Shown one piece after another: positions 1-11,606 of a stretch of 64,000 bases of DNA (position 1 is the stretch's first letter; every line of letters begins with the position of its first letter). The notes beneath the pieces are model-generated. The model had not been told where the DNA came from and did no database searches. It worked only from the letters and a program-made list of their open reading frames with translations. The translations under genes were made by a program, and so were the position numbers. The DNA is from Macrostomum lignano. Taxonomy: Eukaryota. Location of the stretch: contig NIVC01001159.1 of the NCBI GenBank assembly GCA_002269645.1, positions 361,414 to 425,413 on the forward strand, given 5' to 3'.

Positions 1-643
1 CCATCTGCTGGCTCCTCTGGAAGCTCCCTGCCTCTGTGTCTCGGCTCTCATCCTGACAGTGGATTGGCGTCCCGGGGAACGAGTTCGTCCCGAGTCGGGG
101 ATACCGACTGAGTCCGGATCCTCTTGCGCCTTGTGCCCCTTTCCCGACCCCTTGGTCCGGCCTCCAATCTAAAGCTGGATATGTGATACCCTTGGTGCTT
201 GCAGCCCTATAGGTAGTCGCAATATCCTGCCTGATAGGAGTCTCGCCCTCGGAAACAAGCCTTCCAGCCAAATTCCTAACTATAGCCTTTTCCGTAGACT
301 TGGGGGTTTCCCCGCTCTCGGACCGCTCTAAGTAGTAAACTAAGCTTTTTCAAACCTTTTTTTCGCGCGCACTCCCAAAGACTTGTCTGCTGGGGTCGGC
401 CTGGGTGGACTCGGTCATGGCACCGTCCCTGATTCCACTTTTGGGTTGGCGGTGTCTTATACATAGGCTTGGGTTAGTAGGCAGTTCACACCCAGCCCTG
501 GCCTACGACGTCAGGGTCTAACCAACCGGTGGGTATCTCGGGCTTAGGCCCCTGGAAGTGCCCCTCAGCGGCAGAGCCCCTCTCAGGGCTGATCCGCGGG
601 AAGCTTAGTCTCCCAACCCCGTTTAACAACAAGCACACAAGGT

Positions 644-1161
644 GTGGATACTTATAATTACTTCTTGGGAAATGTTTTTACCAAACGAAAGCATTTTGAG
701 ACACCGGATGCGAGTAGACCAGAGAATAAACTGTTCGCTGTTAAACTATCCAATGATCTCACTGTAACGAGAGTGATCCTGCAGGTTCATAAGGATGCTG
801 AGATTGAGTTTAAAAACGACCCGTGTTGTAGAATTGGGTTTTGAGGTGAAAGTTTATAAAGAGGGTTTGTTCTTAGCCGCCAATATTGCGGACATTATCA
901 AAAGTTTAAATATTTTAATTCGTAGCAATTTGAGTCTCGATTGACTTTTTAAAGATAAAAGGAGAAATGTACTTTTCAATATTTCAAATTCTGTTGCTGG
1001 CGGTCAGATGTTGGTAGAGAAACCTAAACCCAGTGAAGAGGGTTGTTTTGAGTAATAAAGAAATCAATGAGATTGCCCTTCAGTTTGAAACAGAGGATGG
1101 AGTTGGAGTGGATTTCAATGGTGAAGAGTTTGCGCTAACGATTGTGATTGAGAGAATGTGA
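644..1161 (+). pseudogene. Degenerate Polinton/Maverick (adintovirus-like) minor capsid (penton) gene remnant
   Basis: Joining frames across about 2 frameshifts and one TGA gives ...LGFEVKVYKEGLFLAANIADIIKSLNILIRSNLSLD*LFKDKRRNVLFNISNSVAGGQMLVEKPKP..VLSNKEINEIALQFETEDGVGVDFNGEEFALTIVIERM* (stop 1159-1161). This resembles the Polinton penton C-terminal pattern as I recall it (I.CN...V.PGY.I.E.P...I..I.I.I.D..G..VDF.GE...L.I). Motif recall only. Confidence 0.55.
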
Positions 1162-1981
1162 TGTTAAAAATTACTACTCATCTAATAAATATACTAAATC
1201 TCTAATATAAAATACTAATATTTTGCCAAAAAAAATTTCGACAACACAATGGAAGGGGAGGCTACTCTAAGCCATGCACGCCGAGCGCCCACACTCCACC
1301 TACCCAACAAAGCGAGATCGATTAACTGACGTATCATAACTGTATTTAACATATCAAAAGTTAAAAAACACATTACTGTGTACAAAAAACATTTGATTTA
1401 AATTAAACAGAAAGTATAAAGATAGGGCAATTTTTTCTTCATTTTTACTAATAGTAGTAGAAATTGAGCATCTGTTTTATTTCTCGCAGAAAGGTTGAGA
1501 ACTGACGAAGTCTTCGTCTCATTTTTTCGTAGAGAAAATGTTTTACTTTAATGTTTTTACTAATAGTAGTAGAAATTGGGCATCTGTTTCTAATAAGTTA
1601 ATAAGTCAAAAGGTCCAGTAAAAAAACTGAACCTCTGTTGTACCTTCACCGTCAATAAATTCTACCGTTTCTTGGTTGACACTGAACACTTCCTTTAACT
1701 CCTCATTGCATACTCTATCGATTACTTGTTTGTACTTTAGTAACGTTGACGCGCTAAAGCCCGAAAAAATAAGGGCAGGGACTTAAAAAAAAGTCGTAGA
1801 AACGAATATTTTCAAAAACCTTTCGTTTAGTGATGTTAAACTTCTTTGCAACTGTTTCATCCGAATTTTTTGTTATTCATAATAAAATACTATTGTTCTA
1901 GCTAACTCAAACTCTCTCAAAGTCTTCAACGTAGTCACTGACACAAGGGCTTTTGTTATCGATCGATAATGCTGTTCATCG

Positions 1982-2863
1982 TGTGTTGGATGTTGGGTAT
2001 TGGGTGTTGGGTGTTGGGTGTTGGATGTTGGATGTTGGGTGTTGGGTGTTGGGTGTTGGATGTTGGGTGTTGGGTGTTGGGTGTTGCGTGTTGAGTGTTG
2101 GATATTGGGTGTTGGGTGTTGGATGTTGGGTGTTGGGTGTTGGATGTTGCGTGTTGGGTGTTGGATGTTGGGTGTTGGGTGTTGGATGTTGCGTGTTGGG
2201 TGTTGGATGTCGCGTGTTGAGTGTTGGATGTTGGGTGTTGGGTGTTGGATGTTGCGTGTTGAGTGTTGGATGTTGGGTGTTGGGTGTTGGATGTTGCGTG
2301 TTGGGTGTTGGATGTTGGGTGTTGGGTGTTGGATGTTGCGTGTTGGGTGTTGGGTGTTGGATGTTGCGTGTTGGGTGTTGGATGTTGGGTGTTGGGTGTT
2401 GGATGTTGCGTGTTGGGTGTTGGATGTTGGGTGTTGGATGTTGGGTGTTGGATTTTGGGTGTTGGATGTTGGGTGTTGGGTGTTGGATGTTGCGTGTTGA
2501 GTGTTGGATGTTGGGTGTTGGGTGTTGGATGTTGCGTGTTGGGTGTTGGATGTTGGGTGTTGGGTGTTGGATGTTGCGTGTTGGGTGTTGGATGTTGGGT
2601 GTTGGATGTTGGGTGTTGGATTTTGGGTGTTGGATGTTGGGTGTTGGGTGTTGGATGTTGGATGTTGGGTGTTGGATGTTGGATGTTGGATGTTGGGTAT
2701 CAGGTGTTGGGTTTTGGGTGTTGAATGTTGGGTTTTGGATGTTGGGTGTTGGGTGTTGGGTGTTGGGTGTTGGGTGTTGGGTGTTGGGTGTTGGATGTTG
2801 GGTGTTGGGTGTTGGGTGTTGGGTGTTGGGTGTTGGGTGTTGGGTGTTGGGTGTTGGGTGTTG
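1982..2863 (+). repeat. Heptamer microsatellite (GGGTGTT)n with GGATGTT and GCGTGTT variants
   Basis: About 125 7-bp units visible directly; source of the repetitive ORFs between 1873 and 2989. Confidence 0.97.
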
Positions 2864-3823
2864 ATTTTTTGCTGTCCGAGGTTTCTGGTGCAAAAAGCAA
2901 AAAAAATTCCGTTTAGATCAGTAGTTTTAAGCATTGCGATGGGGTGGTTGGTTTTAGGTGTTAGGGCATTATGTTTAGATAGATTTTAGTGGATGTTCAT
3001 CTAAAGGGGATTTTTGGGGGGGGGGGTTGGCGCCCTCTTTATCGCCCTTAGATAAGCGGTTGTAAGTATTGCATTGTGGCTTTTAGATATAAAAGCATTG
3101 TGTACTCGTATAAATAGATTCTAGTAGATGTTGATCTCAGGGGTTTGGTTGCTTTTTGTCCCAGAACTCTCCTCATGACATCTACTTTCAGATAACGTAC
3201 TTCCCTTTGACAAGCCTCGCGCAGGCGGTGTCCGCTCCCCGGAGATGCAGCTAACAAAGGCTACCCAGTCAAGTCCATGTGTGCAGGTACTGCATATAAA
3301 AATGACGCCAATATCTCAAAGGCTGCTCAAAACCCGGACAGCTCAAGCAGCATGGCTTGCTGAGTGCCGACATGAAACTTCTAAAGATCTTCTTTCTCGT
3401 CTCTCTCCCTCTTCCTTGCTCGCTTCCCTTTGTAAAAAATATATCCTCTTTCCGCGCGCAAACCGACCGAAGTCTTCAGGCTGTCTGGACTGGGGCAGCT
3501 TATTAAGCTGACTTAGGGTTAGGGATAAGACTAGCTTGAGGAAGTTTTGAGAACCCCCAACCCCCGGCAGAGCGGAAATGCAAGGCAGGACAACAAAATC
3601 AGCAAGAAACGGCAGCTGGGGCAGCTGAGGTAGCTCTGATTTTTTAAAATGCTGATCCCCAGAATCTGGATGGCTCTAAAGGCGTCTTCGGCCCGCTTCA
3701 TGGTCACCTGCGGCAGCGGATTTGAAGCTCACGATTGCAGCTCGGGGCTTTTCTGACATCCACTGACAAGGAAATATTGCTCAAACTGACACAATATCAT
3801 AACTCCTGCTAAATCTAGCGCAA

Positions 3824-4700
3824 CTCTGACACAACACCCTGACTCCAACTGACACAGCAACTAGGCTCACACTGACACAGCACCCTGACTCCCACTGACA
3901 CAGCAACTAGGCTCACACTGACACAGCACCCTGACTCCCACTGACACAGCACTGACTCACACTGACACAGCACTGACTCACACTGACACAGCACTGACTC
4001 ACACTGACACAGCACTGACTCACACTGACACAGCACTGACTCACACTGACACAGCACTGACTCACACTGACACAGCACTGACTCACACTGACACAGCACC
4101 CTGACTCCCACTGACACAGCACTGACTCACACTGACACAGCACTGACTCACACTGCCACAGCACTGACTCACACTGACACAGCACTGACTCACACTGCCA
4201 CAGCACTGACTCACACTGACACAGCACCATGACTCCCACTGACACAGCACCATGACTCCCACTGACACAGCGCCCTGACTCCCACTGACACAGCGCCCTG
4301 ACTCCCACTGACACAGCACCCTGACTCCCACTGACACAGCGCCCTGACTCCCACTGACACAGCGCCCTGACTCCCACTGACACAGCGCCCTGACTCCCAC
4401 TGACACAGCACCCTGACTCCCACTGACACAGCGCCCTGACTCCCACTGACACAGCGCCCTGACTCCCACTGACACAGCGCCCTGACTCCCACTGACACAG
4501 CAACTAGGCTCACACTGACACAGCAACTAGGCTCACACTGACACAGCAACTAGGCTCACACTGACACAGCAACTAGGCTCACACTGACACAGCAACTAGG
4601 CTCACACTGACACAGCAACTAGGCTCACACTGACACAGCAACTAGGCTCACACTGACACAGCAACTAGGCTCACACTGACACAGCACCCTGACTCCCACT
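3824..4700 (+). repeat. 21/23-bp minisatellite (CACTGACACAGCACTGACTCA, CACTGACACAGCGCCCTGACTCC, CACTGACACAGCAACTAGGCTCA)
   Basis: Three unit variants arranged in homogeneous blocks. Confidence 0.95.
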
Positions 4701-4927
4701 TCACCCGGTCAGGCGCTAGCAGCAAGCCCATCCATCTCTCATCTTTGCTCCCAACCCAGTCTAGGATAAAAGCTGATTCCTGACCACCTCGAGCGTGGTT
4801 GCTCCCTGCCGCACACACGGCTGCCTGGTCAACATTTTCAACAAAATAATTGGTGAATAATAATTAATTGATGAGCACTGTAGGCAAAAATTCATCAATA
4901 AAAATGAATTGATGACTCCCACTGACA

Positions 4928-5440
4928 GGCGGGCAGCAGCAGGGGCGGTTTGGGATGGGGGTTGGAGGTTGGTTGGTAAGTCCGCTGCAGCCATGGAGCA
5001 GCTCGGCAGGTTCCCGGCCTGCCTAATAACCCACAGAGCCAGTTTATTTTGCAGTTGCATTATCCAGACTGGGGCGCAATGGCAAAGGTGCTCCGTGGAT
5101 TTTTTAATTAGCAGACCCTACTGGCCGTCTGTGACAGGCCTGAGCCTGTGCAACTGCGGGGCGGCCAGTCTCCCCAGCCTCTCTCCCTCATCTTTTTTTC
5201 TGATCTCAAATTTAACAAATTTAACTCTGCACTGGATGACCGGAATCAGGGAATTGATGGATGGCAGGCAATGCAGCGGGCAGCAGCAGAGGCGGTTTGG
5301 GATGGGGGTTGGAAGCTGGTTGGTAAGTCCGCTGCAGCCATGGGGCAGCTCTGCAGGTTCCCGGCCTGCCTAATAACCCACAGAGCCAGTTTATTTTGCA
5401 GTTGCATTATCCAGACTGGGGCGCAATGGCAAAAGTGCTC
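4928..5440 (+). repeat. Local direct duplication of a ~165-bp segment (about 4928-5093 and 5275-5440)
   Basis: Both copies share GGGCAGCAGCAG.GGCGGTTTGGGATGGGGGTTGGA...GGTAAGTCCGCTGCAGCCATGG...TTTATTTTGCAGTTGCATTATCCAGACTGGGGCGCAATGGCAAA with few substitutions. Confidence 0.9.
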
Positions 5441-5599
5441 CTCTGGAACTGTTTCGCTATTATAAAGGCATATAGCAGTGCAGCATTTGAAATTCGTATT
5501 CTGCCTTATTTCACCTGTAGATCTTGAAGTCTGGGCTCCGATTGCCTCACTCTTCTTCCTAAAGTCTCACCACCACAGATGAAGAACTCACTTCAACTC

Positions 5600-6052
5600 T
5601 CACTCAGCCTCAATCTCATAATTTCATTCTGAAATCTCACAATTTCAGTCTCAATCAAAAATCTCACAGTCTCGCTCAGAAATCTCACAGTCTCAATCTG
5701 GAATCTCACAATCTCAAAGTCTCACTCATAAATCTCACAATCTCAATCTGGAATCTCACAATTTCACAGTCTCACTCTGAAATCTCACAGACTCACTCTG
5801 AAATCTCACAGTCTCACTCTGAAATCTCACAGTCACACTCTGAAATCTCATGCTCACAGTCTCACTCTGAAATCTCACAGTCTCACTCTGAAATCTCACA
5901 GTCTCACTCTGAAATCTCACAGTCTCACTCTGAAATCCCACAATCTCACTCCAAAATCTCGAAATCTCACTCCAAAATCCCACAATCTCGCTCCAAAATC
6001 TCACAATCTCACTCCAAAATCTCACAATCTCGCTTCAAAATCTCGCAATCTC
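5600..6052 (+). repeat. 21-bp minisatellite (GAAATCTCACAGTCTCACTCT)n
   Basis: Direct observation; degenerate at both edges. Confidence 0.93.
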
Positions 6053-6059
6053 AGCCCGG

Positions 6060-7948
6060 TGCTAGGCTTTGCAATCTCCGTGCGCTTGCAGTCGCCGGCC
6101 GGAGATCGTAAGATAAATGTGACTCTGCTTCGCGATCTCCAGTCCTGGACAACGCAAGGCATAACAGTCCTTTTAAGTGGAGACAGACATGGCAAAGGCG
6201 AGTGTTCTTTTATTCATTGAACAAGTACGTCGACATTCCCGGATACTTGCCGGCCAAAGTGAAGGACAATTTGAAGCGTAAAATTCGAGAAAAAAGTAAA
6301 GCCTTCTTCTTCCAAGACGGTCAATTGTTCTACAAAGTGAAAAACCGGAACTGCAGCAAAAAAGGCGCCCAGAACAGCCGCGGCTTGTGCTTTTTACGAA
6401 GGATGAAGTCAGGGAAAAGATCGAAACAATGCACGCCGAGTCATGTCACATGGGAATAAAAAGCACCATTGGCCTCTTTACTGCGCGATTCCACAGCGAT
6501 TTGCCTGTTACACCAATTGTAGAGTCAGTAGTAAAGTGGTGCAATAGATGTCAGAAGACGAACAAGAAGTTCACCAGCAAACAGCGTGAAATACTAAGGT
6601 ACATCCGATTGAGGTGCCTACTGACGCTCAACGATTGTTCGGCTTCCTCTGCTTGGATTGCGTTACAATGCCGACCACAACTGCGAGTGGTGCTCGTTAT
6701 ATCCTGACTACATGTTGCAAATTTACGAAATTCGTAGTTTTCGCCCAATACCAAATGTACGAGCCGACACGATCGCTCGAGAACTGAAACGCCTATTTGG
6801 CCTTTTTGGCTGGCTTCGCATTCTTCTGAGTGATCAAGGCAAGGAATTCTGCAACTCCATCATCGAGGCTTTGCTACAGAAGGGCGGTACGGAAAGACGA
6901 GCAACGAGTGCTTACCATCCTCAGACGAATGGACAAACTGAGGGGCTAAACCAAACGTGCCTCAGCCTGCTTCGCAAGGTTTGCAACTCCCCAACTGACA
7001 TTAACTGGGATCGGCACCTGGACGCAATCCAACTTGCTTACAACAGCAGACGCAATTCAATGACTCTCGCTTCGCCTTTCAGTGCTGTTTTTGGATTTGA
7101 GCCTCAGCTTGGAAGCGATGCGGCGGCCGCGCTCGACCAGCCTGCGTTGCCTCCAGCATCAATGCAACGGCGATGGCTTCTGGAAAAAGACCAGCCAGCG
7201 CCCAGCTGTGGCCTCCAGGCTGGCGGCCAGAATCAAAATGCCCAGTAGCGAATGCGAGAACGTTACGTGAGGATTGCCAAGGGAGTGGAGACAATCAAAC
7301 CTGGCATGCTTGTTAGACTTCGCAATTACCGTCGCGACGATCGAAAAGGCGGAAAACTTCTGTCCACTTGGAGCGACTGCACGTACCTAGTGCGCAGATG
7401 CGTGGGACGAAACGTCTACCAGTTGGCTGGCCTAAAGCGCTGTGTCAATGGAGTACATCTGAAGCGATGCAGGACGCAGGCTGAACCTTGTACTCGTAGT
7501 CGAAGTGCTTCCCCAATATTCTGATGACTTTACCTAATTAAACTAACTCATTAATTTAACTAACTACTAACTACTACTACTAACTAACTACGCTCGTAGT
7601 TTAACTAATTGATTGAAAATAAAAAACAATTGCGCCTTGGAATTTTAGAAAATTTGGTTTTTATTGCTTCTTTGCTTTGAAAATATTAAACTGACAAATT
7701 GTTCTTTGATCCGGAATTCACAATCCGGATATCGCAAAGCAAACTTTAGTTTTTTGGCCGGATATTTCAACCTGCTTGTGACTTCCGGGGGGGAGACTGC
7801 AAGTACCTCGGAGAACGCAAAGCAGCTCGAGATATCCGGATCGGATACTTAAAGATGCTTGGAATATCTGGGGGGAGATCAGAAAGCACTTGTACTATCT
7901 GGGCGGACGACACAAGACACGGATATCCGAAAGTATTAATATATAACA
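6060..7948 (+). mobile_element. Ginger1-like (Gypsy-integrase-related) DNA transposon, defective
   Basis: Flanked by CCGG at 6056-6059 and 7949-7952. Right end reads TGTTA on the minus strand; left end TGCTA. Degenerate TIR similarity (left TCCGTGCGCTTGCAGTCGCCGGCCGGAGATCGTA vs right-rc TCCGTGTCTTGTGTCGTCCGCCCAGATAGTA). Encodes an integrase only, with no RT or RNase H. Confidence 0.7.
6189..7524 (+). pseudogene. Frameshifted GIN1/Ginger-type DDE integrase (transposase)
   Basis: Pieces in ORFs 6202, 6387, 6658 and 7252: RLV motif, HHCC zinc finger (MHAESCHMG...CNRCQ), LDC (first D, alternate frame), LSDQGKEF (second D), SAYHPQTNGQTEGLN (E), W...LDAIQLAYN..SPF, and C-terminal RRDDRKGGKLL..W..Y.V...LKRCVNGVHLK typical of GIN1/Ginger. 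At least 4 frameshifts. Confidence 0.85.
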
Positions 7949-8598
7949 CCGGCACAAGCTCACAGTCTAGATGCATGAGTCCGGCACAAGCTCACAGTCT
8001 AGATGCATGAGTCCGGCACAAGCTCACAGTCTAGATGCATGAGTCGGCACAAGCTCACAGTCTAGATGCATGAGTCCGGCACAAGCTCACAGTCTAGATG
8101 CATGAGTCCGGCACAAGCTCACAGTCTAGATGCATGAGTCCGGCACAAGCTCACAGTCTAGATGCATGAGTCCGGCACAAGCTCACAGTCTAGATGCATG
8201 AGTCCGGCACAAGCTCACAGTCTAGATGCATGAGTCCGGCACAAGCTCACAGTCTAGATGCATGAGTCCGGCACAAGCTCACAGTCTAGATGCATGAGTC
8301 CGGCACAAGCTCACAGTCTAGATGCATGAGTCCGGCACAAGCTCACAGTCTAGATGCATGAGTCCGGCACAAGCTCACAGTCTAGATGCATGAGTCCGGC
8401 ACAAGCTCACAGTCTAGATGCATGAGTCCGGCACAAGCTCACAGTCTAGATGCATGAGTCCGGCACAAGCTCACAGTCTAGATGCATGAGTCCGGCACAA
8501 GCTCACAGTCTAGATGCATGAGTCCGGCACAAGCTCACAGTCTAGATGCATGAGTCCGGCACAAGCTCACAGTCTAGATGCATGAGTTCGGCACAAGC
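7949..8598 (+). repeat. 32-bp minisatellite (CCGGCACAAGCTCACAGTCTAGATGCATGAGT) x ~20
   Basis: Near-perfect tandem copies. Confidence 0.97.
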
Positions 8599-10289
8599 GC
8601 GCATTTGAATGTTGCAGCTTGAAGTTAGAATGATAACACAGGCTTTTTCAGCTCTCCCATCAAGTCAGTGCAGCTCTTGTTGGGTGGGCCTTCTCAGAAC
8701 AGGGCAAGTCGAGCTTGACACTTTCTGGCTGGCAGGGTGTGCCGAAGTCCGAGGCTGCTGGATTCACCTCTGCCAGGCCGTCGTCAGCAAGTTGAAGACA
8801 TGCAGTGGCCTTCAGCCGCTCACCAGCCGCAGTGCTTTGGGCCAGAGAGCAAAAAGTGGCTGCTGAAGCTTCTGCCCACCGTTTTTGCCAGTCTGAGTGC
8901 TGTCGAGGTCCTGGACTCGGTGCCGGCCGGCCTGTCAGAAGTGCACACTTGCTCCGTCATCCGTACATCGGAAATGTACAATGCCAAAAAGAATACATGT
9001 GCGCTAATGTCATGCGCGCTTATTCAGTCCTCCCAGATTTCTGGTTTCTTAATCCTTAGTTTGTTCGTTAGTTCATGCGTATGGACGCGCGATTCATGTA
9101 GTTCTATTTAACTACCAGACCCACTCTCCTGACAGGCGTTCGTCTTGAAAACCTGATTCTTAGAAACAGCTGACCGCTAGATACACGTTTGATGTTTCCA
9201 GAGAAGTAGAACACACTACTGTTGTGCCCTGCGCCACAATGACCTTCTCCTCACCCTTTTTTGGTGCATGCCAACCGCCCCGTCTGCCGCCCTAGCCGGT
9301 TCTGCTCTGGCGAACTGATTTGAGCTGGTTTAGACCGGTTCTGATTTTGGGCAGCCTGTGCGTGCGCGGATTGGCTGGCTGGGCCGGCAGACCCCCTTCT
9401 TTTTCTACCCCCCCCCGTGGAGCCTTTCCCAGCGCGTTTTTGATTGGCTGGGCTGGGTGGGGTGCTCGCGGGGTTCTTTTTTGTGTGTTTTTGCGCTCGG
9501 GCAGGTTTGGCCCGCCCCCCCCCCATTTTCTTTGCATACTATTTATTAACCGGCTTGGAGCCGGCCGGTGGCACTCTTTGTTGTGTTTCTTTGGCTTACG
9601 AGCTACTGAATAGTAAGAGTGCAATAAAGCTGCACGAGCCCAGTAAACTATCGGAACACTTCGTAGCAAGCTAATCAGTACCACCCGCCGTCTTCGAGCT
9701 GCCACTCCATTCATCACTGCTAAATAGACTGCAAAATATGAGTCGATTCGACCCCTCCCAGTGAGCTAAATTTACGTTTGTTCGGGTTGCGTTCGCGTTT
9801 CTTTGGGACCCTCTTCACGTGTCTCCCACCCATCCTCGCCGCCTCATCGCCTCACCTACTTCCCTCCTTGCTCACCTGCACTCTTTGATTGGCTTTGAGT
9901 GTCTGTACACCCCGACCCATCCCTCACCTCGCCTCTCGCTTCCTCATTCACCTCGGTGACTCCCGGGTCGGCTCCGAGTGGCTATCCGCTTCGCTGACCG
10001 CGGCCGTCTCCCGAGTCCTCCGCGACCAAGGAGTGTCTGTGCGCTCCCGAGTCGCATCTCTCCCTCTTCCCTTCAAAGTGGCCACCCGCCTCGAGGAGCG
10101 CCGGTCATCGGCCCTCTGTCTATCCCTCCGCCGCGCACCCGGGGCAGTCCCGCACCGAACCCGCTACCCGGGGAAAAAAACGACCGGGCTAGACGAGATC
10201 GCAGCCCGCGAGTACAACACTACTAGCACAACGAGTAGACTGTCCAATAGAACGTTTACGCGTATACGACGTTAATTACGACGTTTCCT

Positions 10290-10316
10290 TATTGGCTGCT
10301 AACAGGGTTTATAAAA
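10290..10316 (+). promoter_or_regulatory. Inverted CCAAT + TATA-like block upstream of the FReD gene
   Basis: TATTGGCTGCTAA..GGGTT.TATAAAA about 100 nt before the ATG. The same TATTGGCTGCTAA..GGGTTAAAAA block occurs at 18352-18378, upstream of the paralog. Confidence 0.5.
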
Positions 10317-10411
10317 GCTACAAAACGGAAAGAAACTCCTCGTCTGAGGTGACTTTACTGTCTACCGATTCAGTAATCTGCTAACTTTTTTTATTTTCGA
10401 GAAACAAAGCA

Positions 10412-11606
10412 ATGGCTGCTGTAGTTGACCATGCTTTGCTAATAATCTTCATCTTCTTTCTGACATCGCTCGCTACAGCAACCGTGAGCGAGACTGGTAC
10501 AGTTCTTTAATCAACCCATGTATGAAATGCATTGCACGTTGCTTTAAGACGTAAAATATCATGATGACAATAATTTACTTCATTCAGAGTTTAACGCGGA
10601 TGAAAGTCCTTCGTTGGGCCCAACCAACTCGGTATCCGCTGCGGAATCTGTGACTGCTAGGAGCGACATCGAATGCTCAACTCTGTGCTCGGCTGCTCAG
10701 TCGTCTCCAGGAAGCGGCTGCAAGTCCTGGGCCTTCGCTTCCGCGACTGGTCGCTGCTTTCTTTCCTCCAATCGAACCTTTGGTTTCGAGTTTGCCTCAT
10801 CGATTGGAGCCAGTGTTTTCCGCGGCCAAGAAGGTGAGTCGTCAGTCAGAACTGTGAAGCTGAAGTTGCGGTTTATTTCCTACAGCATATTTATCTCATA
10901 ACATTTACCTATTTTCTATCCTCCTTTCGTTACCAAGACCTACCTCTGAACAATTGCACCACAATGGTTGGCAGCAGGAAGTTCTGCGTCATCCAGCAGC
11001 GAGTCAGCGACCAGTACAGCTTTGCTCGGAGCTACGCCGAATATGAGAACGGATTCGGGGACAGCCAGAACTTCTGGATCGGTAAATTTGTGTTCCTCGA
11101 ATCTGAATTCCACCATACAGTCCGCTCTGACATGGCAAGACAGAAAGGCGATAATCGTTGTTGAATCTGCAGGTCTCAAGAAGCTGAACAACCTCACCGG
11201 CTCCACTCCACGACTGTTCCGCATGGAGGCGGTCAACCTACAGAACAACCTGCTGTACGTGTGCGAGTACTCCAGCTTCTCCGTTGCCGGGGCCAGCTCG
11301 GATTACCAGCTGAGCGTCACCGGCTATCTGACCGGCAGCTCCAACACCACCGGAGAGTCCTTCAGCTACAACAACGGCCTGCTGTTCTCCGCCATCGACG
11401 CCGGATCGAATACCAATTGCGCCCAGAAGGACGGCGGCGCCGGCTGGTGGTTCAGCGGCTGCACCTACGTGAACCCGAACGGCTACTTCAACCTTTCCGA
11501 GATCAACAACAACGGCGACAATGAGCACTTCATGCAGTGGCGCTACGCTGGTCCGGACGGCACCAGACGGATGCTCAGGAGCATTCGGTTGATGCTGCAA
11601 GTGTAA
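10412..11606 (+). CDS. Secreted PAN/Apple-like + fibrinogen C-terminal domain protein (FReD/FREP-like), ~302 aa
   Basis: Exons 10412-10496, 10588-10833, 10938-11081, 11173-11606, all GT-AG and phase 1, total 909 nt. Hydrophobic signal (MAAVVDHALLIIFIFFLTSLATA); PAN-like Cys pattern (DIECSTLC..GCKSWAF..GRCFL); FBG motifs VIQQR, F.RSY.EYENGFG..FWIG, FS..D..NCA..GAGWWF..C..NPNG. Confidence 0.88.

Noticed and set aside
1982-2863. Interstitial telomeric repeat
   Set aside because: The unit is GGGTGTT, not the TTAGGG typical of flatworms; nothing indicates a chromosome end.
1873-2989. Long ORFs in several frames (PNTQHPT / VLGVGCW repeats)
   Set aside because: These are translations of a stop-free heptamer repeat, open on both strands. 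The same applies to the long ORFs over the arrays at 28043-29278, 37504, 41316, 45072, 47623, 50665, 57379 and 59837.
7949-8598. CRISPR-like array (32-bp repeats; also the 37-bp units at 15898)
   Set aside because: Units are head-to-tail with no unique spacers, there are no cas genes, and the context is eukaryotic.
9250-10275. Possible LTR plus gag-like ORF (9889-10275)
   Set aside because: GC-rich and TE-like with an AATAAA, but no second LTR, PBS, TSD or recognisable domain was found, so it is left unclassified.
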